Source: Dirinaria sp. TL-2023a (Eukaryota). Taken from it: a stretch of DNA of 34,087 bases. Position 1 is the stretch's first letter. Each line of letters begins with the position of its first letter. The notes under the pieces are model-generated. The model was given only the letters and a program-made list of their open reading frames with translations, searched no databases and was not told where the DNA came from. The stretch is from assembly GCA_051941275.1 (NCBI GenBank), contig JAVEBF010000073.1:1-34087 (forward strand), written 5' to 3'. The translations under genes were made by a program, and so were the position numbers. This document shows positions 1 to 11,905 of the stretch, in pieces.

Positions 1-2482
1 GTGGATAGGGGGAGGGGAGGGTAAATCAACTCGCGGTGTCGATTGCGTTTGTTTCATTAGCTACTCATAGTATCGGCTGCCGTTCATAAAGAGACATATA
101 ACACAAGAGCTTTTGCTTATCACATCTCTCTCTTGTCGTGACCTCAATCTTGCTTTTCATCCAGCCCTTACGCAAGCCAACGTAAGCCGCAGTCTTTGAT
201 AGAATTCCCAATCACTTTTTCATCCGATCAAGTCGGGAAGCTTGGGAACCGAACCCTTCAAGAGTCAAAGAGACCATATATACTGTATCGACCCTTCCAA
301 GCATTTGAGCATGATATGCGCAAAGCACCGGTCCTTTGTTGCTGCCCAGCAGAGATGTTTTCGTCCATCCGCTCGCCGCCACCTCCCTGGTAGTGGAGCT
401 TCTGATCTTACATCCGCGAGATAAGGATCGTTGGCTGCCTAATCACAGGGGCTACCCTCCATAATTCCAGCATCATATTCCGGCATAGGGGAATCTGACA
501 AACAACTGTGTACATCCATTCCGTGCTTTCTAGCTATCATAGCGCTCGCCGACCTCAGCGGAGTCAGTATCGATTTTTCAAACGGGGAACAAAGCTTGGA
601 TATCAGCACAAAAGTCAACCCCGGGACATTATGGATCAATAGCGGACTTGTGGATCTCCGACCTTTCAAACTCACTTCCAGTACAGTGAAGAGACTGTCG
701 GGCCCTGTAGGTTTGCTAAACACGTGCTTTCAGCCTGCCGTCTTAGAGTGCGAGAATGTATGGTTCATTAATCAGATGTGTAAATCTAGGATATTGGTAT
801 GCGAGCAATGTACATTGAGATTTCTCGTATTTGGTAGACTGCATTTTGATCAACATACCGATTTCACGTTGTTGGCGACAAGACTCAAGAAACTCTTACT
901 CGGAACGAAGAATCAAGAGTTGAAACCTATGTTAACGCATTTGCTGTTTCTCGCTTTATTTCTTGATATCTTTGAAAACACACGCCTCCGATATCATTTT
1001 CACTTCACCACTTTTGACAAAATCGCTCATGCTCTGTCTCATTGAAGACACGCCTCAACTCCGGACTCTGAACAGTCCCGTATTGAAATCTCCTCGTCCG
1101 ATGAAGCGCAAATTGTCACGGCTCCATCGTACCTGATTTAATGAAGACCCGACGAACCGCTATACGACGATCTGTCTCTGTCATATCTGCATAATCACCC
1201 AGCTCGCTAGTCTATCCATTTGCTCTTGCCGGCAGCATCGCAACCCAATTATTCCAGTATCCATTTCTTACTCCTGTCTCTTACTCTTGCAGATGACAGC
1301 ATCGGCGCTGCTAGGCAGCTGCTTAGAACAATCGAGTCGGGGACGGCCGAAAAAGCTTCTGTAGACCGAGGGTCGTAGAAGGTCAGACGAGGAAGCGATT
1401 GAAAGCGTATGTGTGTATCTCAGACAAGTGCTCGCGAACGAGGATTATTTTCGGGCTGAATCTGAACGATGCCGTTCTGGGCAACTTCTTTCATGATTCT
1501 AGTGATCATGCACTCTGGGCACAGTGTCTTCCCTCGGCTGGCGTCATAGCTACTGTGACAGATGTCTTGATTAGCTATGCTTATCGTCAAAGGTTGGGAG
1601 CGGCTCAAAGTACCCTTCGTACCAGCGTTGCTAGGCGTGTGCATGTTCGTCACTGCTCCGCTTCGATGGCTCCCATGGGGACATTCTAAAGCTCCACCCA
1701 TCAACTTGCCCAAAGGCGCACGTCGCTTTAGACCGCGAAATTATTGGGAGTTGCGCCACTCGTGTCTGAGAGCGGGGACGCAGTTGAGAGCACTGCCATG
1801 GGAGACTCATCTGCGCTTGGGATGGTCGAGGCCACTCAGGTCCTATTGGAGTGTACTGTAGTCTTGTTACATCTTGACTGATGCTGCCGGAGAGCAACAG
1901 CGGAGCAACAACCGACCTCAACCCTGTTCTAGCCCTAGGACTTACACTGATAGCCCAAAGCCTCAAATAACTTGTAGTGACCGATGTGATAATAATGATG
2001 TATTCAGCACAGATACTACTGCAGAACGCATGCTCTATCCACTTGATGCATAGGCCATAGAGCTGATGGCTTTTTCCCGATTACTAAACTCGATAATACG
2101 TCAGTGACCTAGTGCAATCAGCTGTATGGGCACCTCGAAGATCCATTATTCAAGGCTCATGCCTGTGATTACTATTCGCATCTTTGTCCGGAGGGTGCTG
2201 GCTTTCACTCTGTTCGATTTATAAGATCATGTATGATCCCGATTTTGCCACCGGTTGATGTTTTTTTTGATAGATAATCCGTATTCGTGATCACAGGACT
2301 TGGTCCTTTTGATTCATAAGCTTCTCCATTCGAAGTGTATCATTCTGTATCATTCTAATGGGTTGGTCAATATCGCTGATAAATATCACTCATAGATTTG
2401 CCGTACGTTTCCCTTCTTTTTGGCTGCTTGCTCATTCTTTTTCTATTGCTGGTTTAATTCGTCGCTCGCATCAAAATTCATC

Positions 2483-3704
2483 ATGTCGTCTTCGCCGCTA
2501 ATCATGATCACGGGTGGTAATGGATTTATAGGATATGCTGTGCTGGCTGCCGCACTCAAGGCCGGGGTAAGCATCGCTCGAGGGTGCCTTCAATAAATGT
2601 ACTGATCTTGCTAATACTGGACGTCTTGCAGTTCCGCGTGCGCGCCGTGGTCCGTCGACAAGATGCTGTTGACACTATCTCAAGAGGACCGTCTGTTCAG
2701 GAGTATCTGGCCACTGGAGCATTGACATTCGCCATCGTTCCAGACAACACCAAACCAAGCGCCTACTTTGAAGCAGCGAAAGACTGCTCGTACATCATTC
2801 ATGTCGCGTCTCCGCTTCCCACCGTCGCGGGTGATCTAGTATCCCCAGCAGTAGCAGGAAACAAGGCCGTCTTAGAAGCAGCAGAAGCAACGCCCTCTGT
2901 TAGGCGGGTCATCTTCACAGCATCGACGTCGGGCCTTCATCCTTTCGGTCGCCTATTTCCAGAGCATCCTCTCAATCAGGCTCTGACGTTGGGCAGAAGT
3001 GACGAGGTAGCAGCACTAACGGCAGAAACAAGAGTGCCTAACCAACCTCTCGCCTCGGACGACGCACCAGGATTCCACAGGTACGTCAACAGCAAAATCG
3101 CTTCGACAAACCTCGTACATGACTATGCACTCGCGAAAATTTTCGAAACTTCACATTTCAGTATAGTCAATCTCATGCCAGGATGGGTGCTCGGCCCCGA
3201 AGAGTTGGCACGCAACAGAAAGGAGGCATTCCTGGGATCGAATCTTGTTCTAGGCTGGCTATTTTCAGACCAAGCCAACTTAACACCATTGCTCGGGTTT
3301 TATTCAGGCCACAATCCACCTGCTTTTTCATTGACAGTCCACTTGGACGATGTGGTCGAGAGCCACATAAAGTCTCTTGACACAGAAATCGTTCTTGGCA
3401 AATACCGCAGCTTCCTTCTTGCCTCCGGCTCACCTAGGGGGCCGATTTTCATGGATGCAGCCGACATTGTGCGCAAAGAGCTTCCAAAGGAGGTAGCGGA
3501 TGGCAAGATTCCGTTCGCGGGAAAGCTTGGTAGGTTTCGAACACCCTAGGATCGATGAAATAATTGACAATGAGCTCGCCAGACACCCTTCCGATTCCAT
3601 TCGATGCGACACCCACGGAAAGGGATTTGCTGGGGCACCCTTTCAGATCTTTCGAGGAACAAGTCACAGAAACCATTAAATGGTATGTTGGTCTGAGTGA
3701 TTAA
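2483..3704 (+). CDS. NAD(P)-dependent epimerase/dehydratase family, extended SDR (aldehyde reductase II / Gre2-like), 3 exons, ~367 aa
   Basis: Exons 2483-2566, 2632-3529 and 3583-3704 with GT..AG introns join in frame. N-terminal Rossmann motif ITGGNGFIG, HVASP, RRVIFTAS, catalytic YVNSK (YxxxK), VHLDDVVESH and C-terminal FRSFEEQVTETIKWY. Confidence 0.93.
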
Positions 3705-3724
3705 ATGGAGGGGGAAATGCGCTG

Positions 3725-3752
3725 CAATGGTATGTAGACAATGGTATGTAGA
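3725..3752. repeat. Perfect 14-bp tandem duplication (caatggtatgtaga x2) just downstream of the SDR stop
   Basis: Read directly: 3725-3738 and 3739-3752 are identical. Confidence 0.9.
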
Positions 3753-4139
3753 TAGAGGTTCAACAGATAGATGCTCGTTAATGCTCTCTGCTTTCGCTTC
3801 GGTCTGCTTTTGCAGTGACTTTTGTGTTCAAATAAGAGCCTCTGTCAACCGTTAACACGAACAACGTGCATGCCTAGCGCGAATCATGTAAAAGCGTCAA
3901 GCGGTGGAATAGCTGTCGGAAATATCTTAGTGGACAATGTATCTCAATCCTGACGGCGGAAAAACCTAGCCTCGATATCACTCGAATGACTGAGATAAAA
4001 TTAACCCAAAAACTCAAAGCTTAATTATAGCAGTCATCATCAGTATTCAATGCTGTCTCTATATGTAACTGTTCCAAGTTTACACATTGAACCTATCCCG
4101 TCAGTGATCTGTAGCAGACAGCTTTCACAAAACCCTATG

Positions 4140-5640
4140 CGCATACTACTCTTTCTAGCATCACCTTATAATAATTCAAAATTCTCATGAGTTCGCCAAA
4201 GATCCCAAAAAAACCTCCATCACCTAGCCCAGCCAGACTAACTCCCAAATCCACTCTCCTCACTCGTCAAAGAACAACCCGAAACCGAACCATCAACACC
4301 CCGATAATTGCAGCCTTACTGCTCTTCTTTTCTTCTAGCTTTCTAAACATGCTCTAGATCGATATATGGAGATAGATCTGAGGAAGGGTCTTTGTGTGAA
4401 ATTTTTACGGTTTTTTCTTTTTTTTTTGTGGCTTTCACTTTCAGAGGCCGTTTTGAACCTCACATTTGGCTTTTGATATGCAAGCCCCGATTTTGCAGGA
4501 TTACTTTCTAGATGAGAGGGTTTTATCAGGCTGGACGGCGGATATTGGTTCTTTGTGGTAGGCGTGTTTGGGATCATTGTTTCTTTGAGGTATGCGTCAT
4601 GATCTTGGGAGGTGGGAATTTAGAAATGGATTGGGAAGGGGAGGGGGGTTTTCTTTTTCAAGGCTGTGCTGGGAAAAAGGAGACTATTTTATGGGTTACT
4701 ATAGTCAGGCCTAAGATGAGCACGGGTATTCTCGTCATAAAAAATCAAATATACATTTATGAGCTATGATATATATATCTTTTTCAGTAGTAATACTCAT
4801 CTCGGACTTCATATTCTTAGAGGTCGTCTTGATATATTGGTGTCATGTATACGTACGTAGGGCACATGTATACACCAACGCTTTGCTTCATCATCACTCA
4901 GCTCTGTCTTTATCCATGACCCGAAATAAATCCCGTGATGCAGCGTTATATCTATCGAGATATACCTAAGCTGAAAGAATTGAGGGGATGCGAAGAAATC
5001 TTCCGCATGGCGCTTGGAATTTAATTTGAAGTAAGGTAATAGGAGAGGTTGCCTTATGGGATGTGAAATGGGGCCTGAGCAGGATTCAGGATTCGGGATT
5101 CAGGGTGTTTGGGAAGGGGGTGATGGATATTGAGATTAGCGGGTTTGTTTCATTCGTTCCACTTTTTTTTGGTTTTGTTTGAGGCGAAAATCTGGCGCTA
5201 GAGACGTGGTTCTAGTTTTGGATTGCAATAGATTGGAATGGGGTGTCTATTTCATCCGAGATGATTAAGAAACCGAGAGAAACCGGATAAAATAGGCCGA
5301 GCTTGAAGGGCGATGGATTGAAACTTGGAAAGATCGTTCCTTCGAAAGTGTGTGTGATCGTGCGTAGTGCGAACTCACTACTTCAAAATTCGTTGACGAA
5401 ATGTATACTTTGAGAGGACATGACTGATGAGTGCAAATTGGTCGAGTCAAGTCGAATAAATCATTCAAGATTTCTCGCTGCGATAACGTTCCTGATCGTC
5501 GAAACTGAATTTGAAGAGAGATTTGATGACAGTTTTCATCTTTTTCTGGTGGATTGGAGATTCCTTCACCGGTTTTTTTTGGCTGCGATTCGTCTTTTTC
5601 TTGGGAAGTGGCGATGCCTTTTTCATGAGTGCCTCGCGCT
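4140..5640 (-). pseudogene. Probable decayed gene or element relic with mutational skew
   Basis: The minus frame over ~4440-4140 reads KFHTKTLPQIYLHISI*SMFRKLEEKKSSKAAIIGVLMVRFRVVL*RVRRVDLGVSLAGLGDGGFFGIFGELMRILNYYKVMLERVVCA*. A second protein-like stretch lies at ~5640-5265 (..ILNDLFDLTRPICTHQSCPLKVYISSTNF..). AT-rich blocks alternate between G-poor and C-poor. Family not recognised. Confidence 0.35.
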
Positions 5641-5801
5641 GATCCGCAAATACACGTGTTAGCGCATAATCGTGCTTGCTACTCGTGCATCATCGCATCG
5701 GGATAAAGCAAAGCTTAGAACTAGAAATAAATGTATAAAAAGCAAGAATTGTATATGACTAGATCGAATGACGCTGCATATTGATGCGGTCCAACTGATA
5801 G

Positions 5802-6964
5802 TCAAGAGGTAGCCGTCTGCGAAGCAGTCCCACCCCTCATGTGAACAAACACATTCCTCCTCGAACCTACGAAAAGTTAGCATCTCCAATGGAAACCTTT
5901 TGACTTCTGGGCCTACCCAGTGCATAAGCCGTTCCATACCGCTCATCCCTTGCACACATGCCCTCGACAGCAACCAAATTCTCCCAGACGTCATACCAGC
6001 CGAGGAAGCTGGCGCTTCCCGTGGTTTCGACTGTCACAAGGCATGTGCCGTCATCTGCGAGGCTGCTCAGTACTGCGCTCTTGATTGAAACATAGTCCTC
6101 ATAAGAACTGTATGGCACATTCTTGATACAGGGTGTAAGGGAATGGAAAGTTGCTGACCGTTTCTCAGCTGATATGGTAACTGTACTTGCACGCCTGCCT
6201 CTCCAGCTCGCCCAAAAACCTGCGCGGTTGTCGTTGCAGGCATGTCCATCAAGATATCGAGACAGTCCGTTGGTGCGGGCCCGACCGCGGCGTCGCATCT
6301 CACGGTGGGTTGGTAGGATGTCATGATGAGCCCAAGACGACGATAGCGGCCTAGGCAGTGTCAACCATGTTCAGGAGCCGGTAAACAGAGCAACCGATCG
6401 GAAGAAGTTTAGTTACCAATCCCAGTGGCAACGCCTCCGACAGGAGTACCAGAGCCGGAAATGCAATTATGAACGAGGTTGAACGCAGCGTCATGAAATT
6501 CAGACATGCTCGCTTCGTCGACCGTATCATGATGCGGAATGTAGATGTCAAACACGCATAGACCGTCATCTGCGCGAACGTGTTAGAGTATGTTCGCGTT
6601 TTCTGGACATCCTAATTCTAAACTGCAAGCGCTTACCACTTATCCACCGGAATGGCAAGTCGACCGCAAATTGTATCGGGCCACCACGGGCGCCGACAAC
6701 AGCCCTAGCCAGACTTTGCGGAATCTCCTGGAGTGCATCGACACAGCTACTCTCGCGGAGATTGCGGCGGTACACATCACCGTTACAATGAATCTGTATT
6801 GCGTTTGGATTAGAATTAAGCGCCACTGCAGATGTAGAATTGACGGAAGAATTTCGGTCCTCCGCTGCGGTTACTAGGCGCAAGGGAGAGACGGCAGGGG
6901 AGGCAGCTGAGAGACGTATGATTGAGTAGAGAAGAAATATAATTGATAACATCGTTGAGAGCAT
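5802..6964 (-). CDS. Secreted protein with two tandem homologous 4-Cys domains (possibly KP4/Ecp2-like fold), 5 exons, ~291 aa
   Basis: Exons 6964-6637, 6569-6417, 6350-6159, 6054-5917 and 5866-5802; all four introns are phase-1 GT..AG and the total is 876 nt in frame. Hydrophobic signal peptide (MLSIIFLLYSIIRLSAA; alternative ATG at 6952), N-glycosylation sequons NSS and NST, 8 Cys in two repeats. Confidence 0.88.
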
Positions 6965-8181
6965 TGAAAGCTTGGTTCTGGTACGAACGCTCTACTTACC
7001 TTTTCTCTCTCTTTTGCTTGTAGCTGAGCTTTAAAAAGATCTTTACGTCGCGTGCGTGACTTGAGCCGCGTCTCGTCTCTTGCCCAACCCCGCTAGTCGA
7101 CTAGGACGCGCGAGAGTCCTTGCGACAACCGACAAAAAGGCAATTCTAGAGAGCTTTTGCTGGTGCAAGAGTATTCTGATAGGACCTAGTCAGGATCTAA
7201 AGCTCCCAAGAGTAATGGCGATGTGCTGGCGCGAGTGGCGATATGGCAAAAGGTTTATCATCCTCCGTTGCTCGGGTTCGTGATCCGACATGCGATTTCT
7301 AAAAGTCGATCCTTCGACTGCTGGGCAATGATGCCATTTCCCAGGGTCTGCTGCGCTTCTCGAGCTTGAGTGCAAATCACAGCCTCAAAACGATCTGGCC
7401 AGATACATAGGTACTGTAGGTTTATTAGGCTCTAGTGATGGGCACTGACATCACGTCGATGACGTAGCCTTCACCTGGCCAAAAATACATCGCACGTGAA
7501 AGACACAGGTGTCGATGCTATATTTCAGGAAAACGGACTGCTGCCGACATACTATCAGCTGTTCAGTCTCTTTAAAGAGAATTCTGTTGAACGAAGATGA
7601 TAGGGATAATGGAAGACTGACCCAGTTCGATTTGGGTTAGTAGCGCCAAGGCGCCTTGCGGGCCAACCTCGGAAGAATTCTCTACTCTCTAGAGAAATGA
7701 AATGCTACACATAATAGTCCCTCTCACTCTTTCACCAAAGCCTTGAGAGCGGTCCTGATCATCTTGTAATCTGGTCGTTACGAGCATGGCTCTCGACGGG
7801 GCATATGGAGCGCTGTTACTTTTAGAAAATTCCGACTGCACCAATCTTACATCTGTCGCAGAGGGCATGTAAAAGAGGAATAAGGAGGAGGATGAATCGT
7901 CAGAAACCGCATTTTCTATTTTCTAGCCTAATCTTGTATCTTGTATCAAACAATTTGCTGCGTCGTCTCTTGTTGGAAGATGTCTCAGGTCCCTAATTTT
8001 AGTTGTCATCTTCAGCAATCCTGTAGGATCACGAATTTCTAGGCATATATCAGTCATTGGAGACTTTGCAAGTGCCCATTATCACTCTCAACTTGCAAAT
8101 TTTTCTCCTTCTCAAGTTCGACCAGCCTTTACTAAAGCAAATACAGCGCTCGCTAGATTCTAAAGTCTTCGAGCACCTACG

Positions 8182-8658
8182 ATGTATCGCGTATTGCCCC
8201 TATTCCTCACAATGCTCTGTGCCAGAGCAAGCCTGGCACATTTCTGGTGCAACGGTGGTAAGCTACCCAACTCCCTTCGTTCACTGCATGATTTGGACCC
8301 AATCGAATCCCTTCCACATTCCCATTCCCACCCCCTGTTCACTAAAGTTCTACCCACTCCAGTTGACTCGGAAACAATCTGCCCTCCTGGACAATCGATG
8401 GTTCCAATTGACCAATATGCCTGCAATCAAATCACCCAAGCGGGACGACTGCAGGATATAACTCCACCAACTTTTGGAGAAACATATACCATATGCCCCG
8501 GTCAGCCGGGGTTCCCTACTAAATCCACGACTGCACCTTCGGTACCAACGCCCACGCCATCCAACGCGTTGGGACAGAATACGCCGCTACAGTGTGCTGT
8601 CGTTGGGGGAAGCGTGGAGAGCGGTGGTCTGCAGTTGAATTGTACGATTTCTGGGTAG
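8182..8658 (+). CDS. Small secreted cysteine-rich protein, effector-like, 158 aa, unknown function
   Basis: Intronless ORF with a signal peptide (MYRVLPLFLTMLCARASLA), six Cys in the mature part and a Pro/Thr-rich linker (PTKSTTAPSVPTPTPS). Confidence 0.75.
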   Translation: MYRVLPLFLTMLCARASLAHFWCNGGKLPNSLRSLHDLDPIESLPHSHSHPLFTKVLPTPVDSETICPPGQSMVPIDQYACNQITQAGRLQDITPPTFGETYTICPGQPGFPTKSTTAPSVPTPTPSNALGQNTPLQCAVVGGSVESGGLQLNCTISG

Positions 8659-8890
8659 GGCAGTTGGGGCAAAGAGCAGACTCGAACCAAAAATGATGTA
8701 TGAGAGCAGTAGCAGAGAGACGATTGCACAAATGACTGTTAAATACAAGGAAACAAGAGTAACATAGGAAATTCTATAACTCAATATGAAAAATGCATCT
8801 GAAAAAATCTTTCGCCCGCTTCCCGCCTGCATGCTTATGACTCCTCCCCATGACTGTGATGCCGAAACAGATGCTGGAGAAAACTCCCAC

Positions 8891-9879
8891 CTAAGCTGGG
8901 GTAATAACGACATTGTCAATCCCCCACGTGACCCCCAAGTAATCTGTGGCCACAAAGCTCGCCTTGAGGGTCGCGCTGCTTCCTCCAGCGGTGAAGGTTC
9001 CGCTCAACGGCGTCCAGACGATAGGCGGGCCCTTGCCATCGCTGACCTGGCTGGCCGCAACCTGAGTATTGTCAACATAGAACGTCAGGTAAGTCTGCTT
9101 CGGCGTGTCGTGCGAGTCGGTCATGTAGAACTCCGCTGCAAATTTATACTTCTGCCCAGCGCAGAGCGGGATCGTCTGCGTGAGGTCGAGCTCGAAGTAC
9201 GACGACGCGGCGTTGTCGGTCACAGTGAACGCGTTGGCGGAGTTGTAGCCGGGGGACTTGACGCCGAAGGATTCGTATTGGGCATACTCGGGATAGGGCG
9301 GGATGACATTTGCGACTGTCCACGGCGCCAAACCGTTCTCGAAGTCGCCGTTCTTGACGATCGTGGCCGGGTTCGTGCAGCCAGCGGGCGCATTGACTGT
9401 GGTTGTCACGGTTGCCGTCTGCGTCGTGGTCGAGGTATAGACGGTAGTTGGAGTGGGCTTGGCAGTCAAGATGCACGAGCACGCGCTGCTCAAGCGCGAG
9501 GCCGGATAGGTCGTTGCGCCCAAGTCACGCTTCTCGGCGGGAGCCTCGAGACCACGCTTGGCAGCGCCAGCGGTCACTGTGGCGGTGACAGTTTGGCTGT
9601 GATGAAATTAGCAATCGAGACTCTGCATACATTTGCTGCTGGCTTTGAGGTGAGGCCTTACGTTGTCGTTGCGGCAGTCGTGACAGTGGATTGGATGTAG
9701 GTGCTGCAGAAAGAGCTGGCGGATGCGCTCGTTCGAGGGTCAACAAAGGACCGGTAGAGGTTGTCGTGATTGCAGGCTCCCGTGGCAATTGCGCGCTTCT
9801 CAACCTCGGGGACACCAGGTGCAGCTACAGCTTGGTGGAGGAGTGCCGACAAGGCAAAGAGGGAAGTTGTCAAAAACAT
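8891..9879 (-). CDS. Secreted Thr-rich protein with an N-terminal Cys module, three Lys-Arg (Kex2-type) sites and a C-terminal CBM4/9-like (galactose-binding-like) domain, 2 exons, ~307 aa
   Basis: ATG at 9879 in a good context (caccATG). Exons 9879-9662 and 9596-8891 (GTAAGG..GCTAAT..CAG intron). Signal peptide MFLTTSLFALSALLHQAVA, then CNHDNLYRS..FCSTY..SSACSC, a Thr-rich linker, and VKNGDFENGLAPW...LTQTIPLCAGQKYKF...WTPLSGTFTA...IDNVVI, typical of CBM4/9-type beta-sandwich domains. Confidence 0.9.
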
Positions 9880-11905
9880 GGTGAGATATGCCAAAGTCAA
9901 AGAGAGGTAGAGTAGATGTTGTTAATCCAAAGACTTGTGATATAAGCTTGCTGGAGATGTCAACAGCAGGACACCGAGCCTGTACTTATATTCATCACCG
10001 CATCACGCTTCAACATCGGTCAACAAGCCTCTTCGAACTAAGTTTTTGCACAAGCTGTTTGTCCGTCATCAATTGATACAACACAAAGCGCAGTCCGCTC
10101 TCTTCGACGGCAGCCATGGTCTTCTAGAAACCCAGCGTGTTGCCAAACATGGCCCATTGGCGTCGTAAGTCCGAGTTCGAGGCCGAGTCGATTGAACGGC
10201 GTGTGAATATACGAAGCTGAAGTGCACGTATAACGTAAAAATACTTCCCCACATGGACGAGAGAAGAAACTTCTCCCGTCCGCCGCTCAGGCACGAGGTA
10301 TCAACCATACCATGTGCTCTGCAGCTGGCCATTGTGGCTGCTTTGGCGTTCACTCAATCTCGTGTTGAAGCGTATTCCTGCCACATTGAGTCCTAGTCAG
10401 CTCTGCTAGAGAGCGTGGCGCATATTGGGTACTATTTCCGAGGTTCTCCCGGGTCACATGACTAACTGAGTTCGCTTCGGCAATAATTTTGGTCCGAGGT
10501 TTCCTGCACTGCCGAGGGTCCATTCCAGGTTCTGTTTACCTTATGGCTGGGCTGGATCTGCTCCTCAGCCCTTTCAACCCTGCTATTATTGCACGCCGCC
10601 CAGTGCCTGATTCTGATAGTCCATGCGAGCAGACGAACATCATCCATGTACGAAGAATATGAGTACCCATACTGCGACTCCTTCGACTGCCTGGCGTTAC
10701 AACGCTGGATTGGACTTTCCGAAATTGACCGTGACCCTTGGTGAACAGCGCAGGGAGGTATAGCTTTTCTTTTTTCTCTTCCCGTCTTTTTCCTTTTCTT
10801 GGAAACTTGAGCGGATTGGCGGTAATGTGTTGCGACGTTATATCGGCGACGCATGAAGATGTAAAAACCATACTCTATTGACCGGCAACGAGAGAATGCG
10901 AAGTCTACCCTCCGACGTCAAGTCTCCAGAGAAACATAATTCAATGCGGCGAAATCTTTGCTTTTCCGCACTCAGAAATATGGTCCTCGAGCACTCGAAA
11001 ATGCGAAAGAGACATAAGATACGCTGATACTAGCTATCCATCTTCCCGGAGATGGCAGTGTTGTGACAGTTACTGATGTTGAAAATAATTCCGTTGATGA
11101 AATAATGCTATAGAAACCTGTATGTGAGGGAAAGTAGATTAGAGCTTCAGCGAAACTCTAAAGATCTGTGAGTTGGAAAGTCGTCGTGTGCGAAGACTTC
11201 GCTTACCAGACAGCAGTGTGTCTACCTTAGATGGTGCACAATTTAGCACAGGAATTGTTCGAGGCCTGCTAAGTTCGAGGATCTACTGCGCCTCGAGCTG
11301 CGTTTTCAATTCTTTGATCACTGCAGTGGTCGGCTGTGGCTGCTTTGGCTCTGCTCTACTGCAATATTCTATGTGCGCCAAGACTTCAACTAGGATATCC
11401 TTGAGAACGCATGCCTCTTTGACCATTGCAATATGCGCCTTCTGTTGCTTATTATTGATCAACACGTGGGCCATGCTGGCCCCCAAAAATTTTGAAACAA
11501 CATATGACGCAGAGGCGGGGACTTGCCTATCATCCAACTAAGCCAACATGCGGCCTTGCGGCATAGCCCGGCATCTTAAGCTTAGGGTTCAAACTTGCCC
11601 AATCGTTCTATAAGTCTTTGCCTGAATTGGAGTTGGTATCTTGAAAAAATGCAACGTGGTTCTCGGTAGGATCGTGTAGTTCTTGAACTGCTGACCACAA
11701 TGCACTTAACTCCGATCTGATAAGCGACCTACATGTATTGCGCGATGGTTGTTCTCCTACGTAAGACGAGTGGATCCTGCTGTCTTTTGCTTTTGGTTTT
11801 GGCTTTTTGCTCTTTGCTCCCCGATACCGGTGTGCTCCTCTTCTTCCTAGAAGGGAGATGCTTTCTGGTCCAATTCTATTGTGTATGAGGGAAGGGTGAC
11901 GGGAT

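Noticed and set aside
196..1966. Several 60-150 aa ORFs on both strands at the window start
   Set aside because: No recognisable motifs or consistent exon chain, and many begin at non-ATG codons. A relic cannot be excluded but is not supportable.
2584..2631. ORF-track N-terminus MPSINVLILLILDVLQ resembling a signal peptide
   Set aside because: It is intron 1 sequence; the true first exon with the Rossmann motif starts at 2483.
7093..7104. 12-bp perfect palindrome ctagtcgactag, and a nearby TCG-N5-CGA (7278-7288) resembling an AflR site
   Set aside because: Isolated short motifs; TCG-N5-CGA is expected several times by chance in 34 kb and is not enriched near the metabolic genes.
8786..9700. 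304-aa plus-strand ORF
   Set aside because: Antisense shadow of the GC3-rich CBM-domain gene; the Arg/Gly-rich translation has no domain character.
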